DNA of 32,974 bases, taken from assembly GCA_964443285.1 (NCBI GenBank), contig CAYUCJ010000001.1:1-32974 (forward strand), in the 5' to 3' direction. The stretch is from an uncultured Desulfobacteraceae bacterium. GTDB lineage: Bacteria; Desulfobacterota; DSM-4660; Desulfatiglandales; Desulfatiglandaceae. How positions within the stretch are numbered: the stretch's first letter is position 1; every line of letters starts with the position of its first letter. The notes beneath the pieces are model-generated. The model was not told where the DNA came from. It saw only the letters and a program-made list of their open reading frames with translations, and made no database searches. Shown one piece after another: positions 26,610-32,974 of the stretch. The translations under genes and the position numbers were made by a program.

Positions 26610-29600
26610 ATGAGACCGAAAATCTTCAACCCGTACATACTGATTGCGACCCTCCTAGCCTTGTCCTTGCTGTTCGCTGTGGGTTTCCACCGGTTGAAAG
26701 TCGACACGGACATCATCAATTATCTGCCCGAAGATCCCATCATCCAAAACGCCATGCACGTTTTCAAAAATCACGAAATCCAGGATCACGTTGTGATTGA
26801 CGTTTCTCTCGAAAAAAGAGGACTGGATCGACTGGTCGAATACGGCGACAAAGTCGAAGAGGCTTTGAGGGCCGATGGACTGTTCAAGACCGTTGGCTTG
26901 CGGAATTTCGCAAACTCAATGCCCGCCTTGGCGAGCTTCATCACAAAAGATCTCCCAGTGCTGTTTGACGAAAAGGAGCTGAACGAAGAGATTCGGCCTC
27001 TAATCCAGCCGGAAGCGATTCATAAGCGATTGGAGGAGCTTCATCGAAATTTGATGAACCTGGACAGCATCGGCCAGGCCGAATTCATCGAAAATGATCC
27101 CCTTGGACTAAAAAAATTTGTAATGGCCAGGTTGGCGTCGTTGGCCCCCTCCCAAAATGCCCATTTTTATAGGGGGCAACTCTTATCCTCTGACAATAGA
27201 CACTTGCTCGTGATCGCTTCTCCTAAGGGTTCGAGTACCGATACCCGATTTTCCCGTAAAGTGGTCGAGGCGATAAGCAAGATCGCCAAATCGCTGGGTC
27301 AAGAGGCATCCCAAAGGGGAGACCGCCTGACGCTGACCCCTGTAGGCGCCTACCGCGTTGCGCTCGACAACGAGCTGATCGTGAGAAGGGACGTCAAAGT
27401 AGCGATTCTCTTCGCGACCGTAGGTATTGCGTTGCTGCTCGTCTTGGCCTTTCCGAGGCCTTACATGGGGTTATTATCCCTTTTCCCATCGATCGCAGGG
27501 ACCATGCTGGCCTTTTTTGTCTTTTCCTTGCTACACCAATCGATATCGATTATGGTGCTCGGATTTGGGGGTGCCATCATATCTATTACCGTCGATCATG
27601 TGATCGCCTACCTTTTGTTCCTTGATCGCCCCCACTGGACCTGCGGAAAAGAGGCGTCGCGAGAGGTCCGTTCAGTAGGCCTACTCGCCTTACTCACGAC
27701 CGTGGGCGGCTTTGAAGGGCTCTCTCTTAGCGGATTTCCGATCCTCGAACAGCTCGGCCAATTCACGGTCCTCGGAATGTCTCTGTCGTTTGTCTTCACT
27801 CACTTCGTTTTCCCATTGATCTTTCCATCGATGCCTCCCTCCAGGCCGCGAACGTTGCCCCTTCAAAAGGTTGTAAACAAATTGGCTCGATTCGGGAAAA
27901 AGGGTGCCTTAGTCGCCTTCTGTTTTGCCGCAGTCATGCTTTTCTTCGCGAAGCCTGAATTCAACGTCAACCTTAGTTCCATGAACACCGTGAGCAAGGA
28001 AACGGCAGCCGCTGACAAACTCCTCGCAGATGTTTGGGGAAACGTGACCAACAAGATTTTTTTGATGGTTGAGGCGGACAGCATCGTGGACCTGGAGACC
28101 AAGGAGGATCGACTCCTGAAAAGGCTGGGCCCGGAACTGTCCTCGGGCGCTTTGTCATCAGGCATCGTCTCTTCGATGATCTTTCCGGGAAAAAGTAGGA
28201 GAGATGCGAATTTGGTGGCCTGGAAAAAGTTTTGGAACAGCGACAGAATCTCGGCGCTCAAGAAAACGGTGAAAAAGACCTCTGCCGAGCTCGGCTTTTC
28301 AACAGCAGGCTTTGAAACCTTTTACAAAACCCTTGAACCCTCGTGGCGTCCGGCGGGAAACTTCAACGTCCCCGAAGAGTTCTACCCCCTTCTTGGCATG
28401 AAGAAGAACCCCGACGGATCATGGATACAGATCTCAACTTTCACAACCGGCAAATCCTTCGATAGCGAGCGATTTTACGCGGAGCATCACAGTCTGGGAA
28501 GCATCTTCGATCCGATGCTCTTTTCTAAAAGGCTCGGCCAACTTCTCTTTTCCACTTTCCTGAAGATGCTCGTCATCATAGGGGCGGGCGTGGTTGTGCT
28601 CGTTTTCCTATTTTTCCTCGACTTGAGGTTGACCCTGGCTTCGCTGCTGCCGGTCGTGTTCTCGTTCATCTGCACCCTGGGCGCTCTGAATCTCCTGGGC
28701 CACCCCCTCGACATTTCGACCTTAATGCTCTCGATTGTCGCCATAGGAATGGGAATCGACTACTCTCTATTCTTTGTCCGAAGCTATCAAAGATATGGCG
28801 ATGCCTCACACCCCTCCTTCGGCCTTATCCGCATGTCTGTTTTCATGTCCGCAGCCACCACCTTTGTGGGTTTTTGTGCCTTGTGCTTCGCCGAACACAA
28901 TCTCTTGAGGAGTGCAGGTCTGACCTCGACCCTGGCCGTCGGATTTGCGCTGACAGGGGCTTTTTTGATCTTGCCGCCGGTTATGGAACACCTTCTTCAG
29001 GATCGCAAGAAGGACATCCTCGAAGGTCGGACGCCCGCAGAGAGAGTTCTAAGACGATACCGGAACATAGAGACATACCCGAGATTGTTCGCGCGGTTCA
29101 AGCTGCTTTTAGATCCCATGTTCATAGAACTGCCAGCCCTTTTGAACACCCATCAAAACGGCGTGCGGACAATTGTCGATATCGGGGTTGGCTACGGCGT
29201 GCCGGCGTGTTGGTTTTTGGAGTGCTTTCCAGAATCGAAGGTGTACGGCATCGAGCCTGACCCTGATCGAGTGGGTATTGCGTCCAAAGCGATTGGAAAA
29301 AGGGGGCTTATCACCCGCGGCCGCGCACCGGAAATGCCGCAGACGCCGACTTTGGCTGATATGGCGACCATGTTGGACATGATGCATTATCTGGACGACG
29401 AGGGTTTGAAACTTACGCTGAAGAGGTTGCACGGCAGTCTTTGCCGGGAAGGCTTTGCGATCATCCGAACGGCGCTCGTTCCTGAAAGGAAATTCCCATG
29501 GACATGGTGGATGGAGAATCTTAAGCTAAAGGCTCACGGAGTTCCAACCTATTATCGTCCCCTTGATGAAATCGAAAAAAGGATGATCGAGGCTGGATTT

Positions 29601-29672
29601 GTTATCGAGCACACCGCCTTTTCAGGGTCCAAAAAGGAATTAATCTGGCTTGTGCTGAAGATCAAACAGTGA
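26610..29672 (+). CDS. MMPL/RND-superfamily-type 'predicted exporter' membrane protein fused to a C-terminal class I SAM-dependent methyltransferase domain
   Basis: 1020 aa from ATG 26610; the ORF track begins at TTG 26598. There are two blocks of hydrophobic helices (about aa 270-420 and 640-790), each preceded by a large soluble loop, as in MMPL-type lipid exporters. The last 220 aa or so contain IVDIGVGYGVPACWFL (SAM motif I, GxGxG), VYGIEPD (motif II acidic residue) and MLDMMHYLDDEG. Confidence 0.8.
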   Translation: MRPKIFNPYILIATLLALSLLFAVGFHRLKVDTDIINYLPEDPIIQNAMHVFKNHEIQDHVVIDVSLEKRGLDRLVEYGDKVEEALRADGLFKTVGLRNFANSMPALASFITKDLPVLFDEKELNEEIRPLIQPEAIHKRLEELHRNLMNLDSIGQAEFIENDPLGLKKFVMARLASLAPSQNAHFYRGQLLSSDNRHLLVIASPKGSSTDTRFSRKVVEAISKIAKSLGQEASQRGDRLTLTPVGAYRVALDNELIVRRDVKVAILFATVGIALLLVLAFPRPYMGLLSLFPSIAGTMLAFFVFSLLHQSISIMVLGFGGAIISITVDHVIAYLLFLDRPHWTCGKEASREVRSVGLLALLTTVGGFEGLSLSGFPILEQLGQFTVLGMSLSFVFTHFVFPLIFPSMPPSRPRTLPLQKVVNKLARFGKKGALVAFCFAAVMLFFAKPEFNVNLSSMNTVSKETAAADKLLADVWGNVTNKIFLMVEADSIVDLETKEDRLLKRLGPELSSGALSSGIVSSMIFPGKSRRDANLVAWKKFWNSDRISALKKTVKKTSAELGFSTAGFETFYKTLEPSWRPAGNFNVPEEFYPLLGMKKNPDGSWIQISTFTTGKSFDSERFYAEHHSLGSIFDPMLFSKRLGQLLFSTFLKMLVIIGAGVVVLVFLFFLDLRLTLASLLPVVFSFICTLGALNLLGHPLDISTLMLSIVAIGMGIDYSLFFVRSYQRYGDASHPSFGLIRMSVFMSAATTFVGFCALCFAEHNLLRSAGLTSTLAVGFALTGAFLILPPVMEHLLQDRKKDILEGRTPAERVLRRYRNIETYPRLFARFKLLLDPMFIELPALLNTHQNGVRTIVDIGVGYGVPACWFLECFPESKVYGIEPDPDRVGIASKAIGKRGLITRGRAPEMPQTPTLADMATMLDMMHYLDDEGLKLTLKRLHGSLCREGFAIIRTALVPERKFPWTWWMENLKLKAHGVPTYYRPLDEIEKRMIEAGFVIEHTAFSGSKKELIWLVLKIKQ

Positions 29673-30589
29673 AGGGCGTGAACCCCGACTTCGCCCGACG
29701 ACCTTCTTCCTATGTCAACGCACCCTCGGTAGAAGCTTTGAAACCCATGAAAGTCCATCCAGGAATCTCTTCTTTGTCCATTGCCGAAAGACTCGGCCTC
29801 GTTTCTTTGCTGACTGCTGCCTTGCTTGCTTTTCTGGATGTGCGGCTTTCGACCATCCCTTTGGGTGGGTTCCTTCTGCTTTGCATCGTGTTTCCCTTTT
29901 TCCCTCGAAGCAATTTTTATTTACCGGTCGTCAGTCATGGCGTATCGGGGAAAAAGGCCGTGGCACTCACCTTCGACGATGGCCCTGATCCGCTGTCCAC
30001 CCCAGAATTGCTCCGTCTGCTTTTGAATCATGGGGTGAAAGCGACGTTCTTCGTCACGGGGAAAAGGGCGTCCAAGCACCCGGAATTGGTGCGGGAAATT
30101 TTGGGCCAAGGGCATACCCTCGGAAACCACACTTACAGCCATGATTGTCTGCTGGCATTGAGGAGCACAAAGCGTCTGTTCAAAGAAATAGAATCAACTC
30201 AGGATGTTTTGGGTGGTTTCGGTATCAGGTGTCTGGCGGTCCGTCCCCCAGTGGGGGTTTCAAGCCCCAGACTTCGAAAGGTCCTTGAAAAGACAAATGC
30301 CATGAACATAAGTTTCTGCTGTCGTGCCTTAGATGGTGGCAACAGATGGATCGCCAACCTTTCAGAGAAGATCCTGAAACGAGTGCGTCCTGACGACATT
30401 GTCCTGCTTCACGATGCCCAGCCCAAAGAGGTCCGTCTCTTGCCCTTTTGGCTAAAGGAAGTCGAGTCGATTCTTTCAGGCTTGGAAGCAAAGGGCCTCG
30501 CCGTTCTCCCTTTGTCCGAGATCATTGGAAGGCCGGTGATGCTGACGGAAAAGAAGAAAAAAGGGGAAGGAGAGGGGGCGGTCTTCTAG
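29669..30589 (+). CDS. Membrane-anchored polysaccharide deacetylase (NodB homology/CE4 domain)
   Basis: 306 aa from GTG 29669 (GTGA overlap); an alternative ATG lies at 29747. There are two N-terminal TM segments. Motifs: VALTFDDGPD, VKATFFVTG and GHTLGNHTYSH, which form the CE4 metal-binding Asp-His-His set. Confidence 0.85.
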   Translation: MKGVNPDFARRPSSYVNAPSVEALKPMKVHPGISSLSIAERLGLVSLLTAALLAFLDVRLSTIPLGGFLLLCIVFPFFPRSNFYLPVVSHGVSGKKAVALTFDDGPDPLSTPELLRLLLNHGVKATFFVTGKRASKHPELVREILGQGHTLGNHTYSHDCLLALRSTKRLFKEIESTQDVLGGFGIRCLAVRPPVGVSSPRLRKVLEKTNAMNISFCCRALDGGNRWIANLSEKILKRVRPDDIVLLHDAQPKEVRLLPFWLKEVESILSGLEAKGLAVLPLSEIIGRPVMLTEKKKKGEGEGAVF

Positions 30590-30605
30590 GCGTAAGGACG
30601 CTTTT

Positions 30606-31313
30606 TCAGCGCGCCATGCAGCGTCCTACGAGTTCGCTTAAATCCCGAAGTTCGCTTTTCTCGAATTCGATCACGCCGCTTTTCTTCCATCTCAATTCCC
30701 CGTATGGAGCAATTCCCTCGGAAGGTGATTTCTCTATGAGGAAAAAGAGCGCACCAGGGGGTGCCTTGCTGAAAGCGTCAAAGGGGGGAGGGTGTTTCAC
30801 GTTGTTGACGCCGAAAATCATCTGATCGCATTCTCCCAAGGCGATGCTGCCCAACGCCAGCCTCAAACAGGTCAGCCCGAGAGGACAGGGCTCGTTGACG
30901 ACGAAGGCCTTTCCGGTAATCCCGAATCGGATGGCCGCCTCACCAAGAAAACTATTGGATAGAGTGTAGGCGAACAAGGCGGGGCTTGCACCGGTACCCC
31001 CCTCGCGCATGACTGTTTCATAATAATTGAGATCGATGCCGAGGCAGCCGTACTCAGTGGAAACAATGACGCCGATGTTTCTCTTGTGCGCCCATCGATC
31101 CATTTCCGCGTCTTTCAGGGCGAAGGAGATGGCGGCAATGCCAACCTTCGAGTATTCGCCCATCCGCCTGAAACTTGGGTATGGCTCTTCGAACAGTCTT
31201 TCGTGCTCGATGTTGGGCAATGGGCCCTCGCCGAAGGCAAATTCATCACCATCCCTTGCGCATCCCATGTTGGTTGCGGTGACCCAGCCGATTCCCGTGA
31301 CGCTCGCGATCAC
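30606..31313 (-). CDS. Short KS-like protein lacking the condensing triad (chain-length-factor/ApeC-like partner)
   Basis: 235 aa, GTG start with a GTGA overlap on the upstream KS-5 stop. It has a KS-fold N-terminal half (IASVTGIGWVTA, SPALFAYTLSNSFLGEAAIRFGITG) but no TACxS Cys motif. It is too short to hold the two His motifs. Confidence 0.75.
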   Translation of the reverse strand: MIASVTGIGWVTATNMGCARDGDEFAFGEGPLPNIEHERLFEEPYPSFRRMGEYSKVGIAAISFALKDAEMDRWAHKRNIGVIVSTEYGCLGIDLNYYETVMREGGTGASPALFAYTLSNSFLGEAAIRFGITGKAFVVNEPCPLGLTCLRLALGSIALGECDQMIFGVNNVKHPPPFDAFSKAPPGALFFLIEKSPSEGIAPYGELRWKKSGVIEFEKSELRDLSELVGRCMAR

Positions 31314-32485
31314 GCCTGTTGCTCTTTTCCCAGTACGAGGGCGGCATTGATGCCGCCGAAGCCTGAATTAGCGGTCAACAAATAATCTCCTGAAATGGAG
31401 AGGGGTTCTCGGCTGACCCATCCCTTTGCCTCGGACATCGGATGGGTAAGGCCCACAGTCGGGGGGATTTCTTTAGAGGAGAGCGCTTGTAGCGCCATGG
31501 CAACCTCAACCCCCCCAGCAGCCCCCAGGCAATGCCCGACGGCGCCTTTAACCGAGTAGACGGGGATCCTCCTTTTTCCAAACACCTTCCGGAACGCGGT
31601 AAGTTCCATAAGGTCATTGTACACGGTGCCTGTACCGTGTGCACTCACGGCGGCGACCGCTTCGCTTGCCAACCCTGCCCTTTTCAAGCTAGATAATATG
31701 GCTTGTTCCAATCCGCAACCCTCCTTGTCTGGAGCCGTGATATGGGTCGCATCGCTTGCAACGCCCCAACCGACCACATTTCCAAGAGGAGGGCGGTTCT
31801 CCTGCTTCGCCCGGTCTCTGCTCATCAAAAGCAAGGCTGCTGCCCCTTCTCCAAGTGATAAGCCCTGCCGGTCACGGTCGAAGGGTTTACAGGGAACGGG
31901 GGACAACGCTTTGAGAGCCGAGAATCCTGAAAAGGTGAATTCGGCAACTAGGTCGATACAGCAGACCAACACTACGTCGGCTCTTCCCAAGGCGATCAAC
32001 CCAGCTCCTTGAGCTAACGCAATGGCAGAGGAGGCACACGCCGCACTGATGTTGAACCCCTGTTCGATCAGCCCCAGCTTTCTCGATACGAATCGAGAGA
32101 TGGATGAAAGCGAAATATCCTCGATCTTGGCGGGCTTCCCACTTTGAGATTTCTCCAAGTTGTCGATTCCCGCCTTTGCGGTGGCTGTGATAAGAAGGGA
32201 GTCAGGAGGGACAGGTGCCATTTCAGTGAATAGACGGTCAAGAAGCGGTCGTATCATGGATCCTCCGTCACACCGTTTCAGATCCGCGATACAGGCGGCA
32301 TACTTGGAGCTGTAATTTTCTACAGGAAAGCGGGTTACACGTCTGACGGCTGTCTTTCCCGACAGGAGCCTCTGCCAAGAATCTCGAAGATTGTCTCCTA
32401 GCGCAGTCACCATGGTTGCATCTGTAATCTGAACCTCCCGAATGCTGTGGAATTCTGAGTTTTGGTTTGTCTGCTTTGAATTCAT
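31310..32485 (-). CDS. Beta-ketoacyl-ACP synthase (KS-5)
   Basis: 391 aa. The triad is ISAACASSAIA (Cys), SAHGTGTVYND (His), VGHCLGAAGGVE (His). The C-terminus is NSGFGGINA. It is translationally coupled to the CLF-like gene. Confidence 0.9.
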   Translation of the reverse strand: MNSKQTNQNSEFHSIREVQITDATMVTALGDNLRDSWQRLLSGKTAVRRVTRFPVENYSSKYAACIADLKRCDGGSMIRPLLDRLFTEMAPVPPDSLLITATAKAGIDNLEKSQSGKPAKIEDISLSSISRFVSRKLGLIEQGFNISAACASSAIALAQGAGLIALGRADVVLVCCIDLVAEFTFSGFSALKALSPVPCKPFDRDRQGLSLGEGAAALLLMSRDRAKQENRPPLGNVVGWGVASDATHITAPDKEGCGLEQAILSSLKRAGLASEAVAAVSAHGTGTVYNDLMELTAFRKVFGKRRIPVYSVKGAVGHCLGAAGGVEVAMALQALSSKEIPPTVGLTHPMSEAKGWVSREPLSISGDYLLTANSGFGGINAALVLGKEQQA

Positions 32486-32575
32486 ATTATGTGCGAGCCA
32501 CTTCGTTTAGAGGAAGCGTCCACTTATTCACGGGGCTTAAAAAATAGGGGCGATACGGACTTGTTTTTCAGGCGG

Positions 32576-32604
32576 AGCATAGGAAGATTGACTTTATGTG
32601 TCAA
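32576..32604 (-). promoter_or_regulatory. Candidate sigma70-type promoter for the KS-5/CLF minus-strand operon
   Basis: Read on the minus strand: -35 TTGACA (32604..32599, perfect), 17-nt spacer, -10 TATGCT (32581..32576). It lies about 90 nt upstream of ATG 32485. Confidence 0.4.
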
Positions 32605-32816
32605 GCCCTATTTCCAGAAATTGTGGATAGGGTTTTATGGTGCCGAGAAAAGGGTTTACAAACGTTTAGCACAGAGTTTTCTCTTCTGTTCCGGATCGAG
32701 CAAGTATTGGGGGAGGCAAAGAATGCTCGCGCCCGCTTTAATCAATACACTCCTCTGCATGCAACGATACTTCTAATACCCTTACCTAACCTGAGCGATT
32801 CTTGAAAAAAAAGTCC

Positions 32817-32845
32817 TTCACCTGGAGGTAACTTACTGGTATAAT
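32817..32845 (+). promoter_or_regulatory. Candidate extended -10 promoter firing rightwards out of the island
   Basis: -35 TTCACC (32817..32822), 17-nt spacer ending in TGG, and a perfect -10 TATAAT (32840..32845). This gives a TGnTATAAT extended -10. Confidence 0.4.
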
Positions 32846-32903
32846 TCTTAAAAGCTACTAAAAGAACAAGCCAGAAAGCCAAACCAAAGAGGTGGAGGGC
32901 TTC

Positions 32904-32949
32904 ATGAATAGAAATAGCAAGAGTCAGCGACCTCCGGCATAGCCGGAGG
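32904..32949 (+). other. 12-codon mini-ORF with strong SD whose stop codon sits in the loop of a GC-rich hairpin (possible leader/attenuator element)
   Basis: The SD GAGGTGGAGGG (32889..32899) precedes ATG 32904, encoding MNRNSKSQRPPA* (32904..32942). The hairpin is CCTCCGGC (32931..32938), loop ATA, GCCGGAGG (32942..32949), and the TAG stop spans 32940..32942. The downstream gene lies outside the window. Confidence 0.25.
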
Positions 32950-32974
32950 CTTGAAATATGTGAACCGCTCAAAG

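Noticed and set aside
30590-30605. A small stem-loop (GGCGT-AAGG-ACGCT, followed by a TTTT run) between the convergent deacetylase and CLF-like genes, as a possible bidirectional terminator.
   Set aside because: The stem has only 4 Watson-Crick pairs plus wobble extensions and a short T-run. That is too weak to call a terminator with confidence.
974-32485. Calling the island a canonical aryl-polyene (APE), flexirubin or xanthomonadin cluster.
   Set aside because: The export/anchoring and KS/CLF/KR/DH genes fit. However, I see no tyrosine/histidine ammonia-lyase-type or chorismate-derived aryl starter enzyme and no acyl-AMP ligase. Five radical SAM genes are not part of the described APE gene set. 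It is therefore reported as APE-like chassis only.
32489-32805. ORF-track entries 32489..32776 and 32596..32805 (plus strand) and 32742..32972 (minus strand).
   Set aside because: They have no motifs, are mutually overlapping, and lie in an AT-rich intergenic-looking region containing the two candidate promoters. They are treated as non-coding.
1-32974. A search for CRISPR repeats, tRNA/rRNA, IS/transposase/integrase genes and a cobalamin riboswitch upstream of the B12-dependent radical SAM genes.
   Set aside because: No regularly spaced direct repeats were recognised. No cloverleaf-like or rRNA-like segments were seen. No DDE/tyrosine-recombinase-like ORFs and no B12-box-like element were found in the intergenic regions (7428..7512, 10272..10350, 12957..13170). 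Visual scanning cannot exclude small ncRNAs.

Overview
Nearly the whole window (974..32485) is one densely packed, multi-operon lipid/polyketide-type biosynthetic island from a diderm bacterium. The taxon cannot be determined; the many radical SAM genes suggest an anaerobe, but that is a guess.

Chain-building genes:
- 5 catalytically complete beta-ketoacyl-ACP synthases (Cys-His-His)
- 2 Cys-less KS-like (CLF-type) units, one fused to a KS
- 3 ACPs and 1 FabG-type ketoreductase
- 2 single-hotdog dehydratases, plus a PKS-type double-hotdog DH fused to a 4'-phosphopantetheinyl transferase
- 2 4HBT-type thioesterases
- unusually, 5 radical SAM enzymes: 3 cobalamin-binding class B, and 2 tandem paralogues with a Cys-rich C-terminus

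Export and anchoring genes typical of aryl-polyene/flexirubin-type clusters surround these: a LolA-like carrier, a lipoprotein, an MMPL-type exporter (here fused to a methyltransferase), a GT2, and LpxL-like and PlsC-like acyltransferases. Also present are a GT25, a CE4 deacetylase, a PagL-like outer-membrane hydrolase and a DhaL-DegV (FakA-N/FakB-like) fusion.

No enoyl reductase, malonyl transferase or aryl-starter enzyme is visible. There are six transcription units with frequent 1-7 nt start/stop overlaps. The flanks (1..973 and 32486..32974) are AT-richer and gene-poor, and the left flank holds a decayed C-S lyase gene remnant. No rRNA, tRNA, CRISPR, transposase or integrase was recognised.

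All functional calls come from motif recognition by eye in the supplied translations. No database search was possible.
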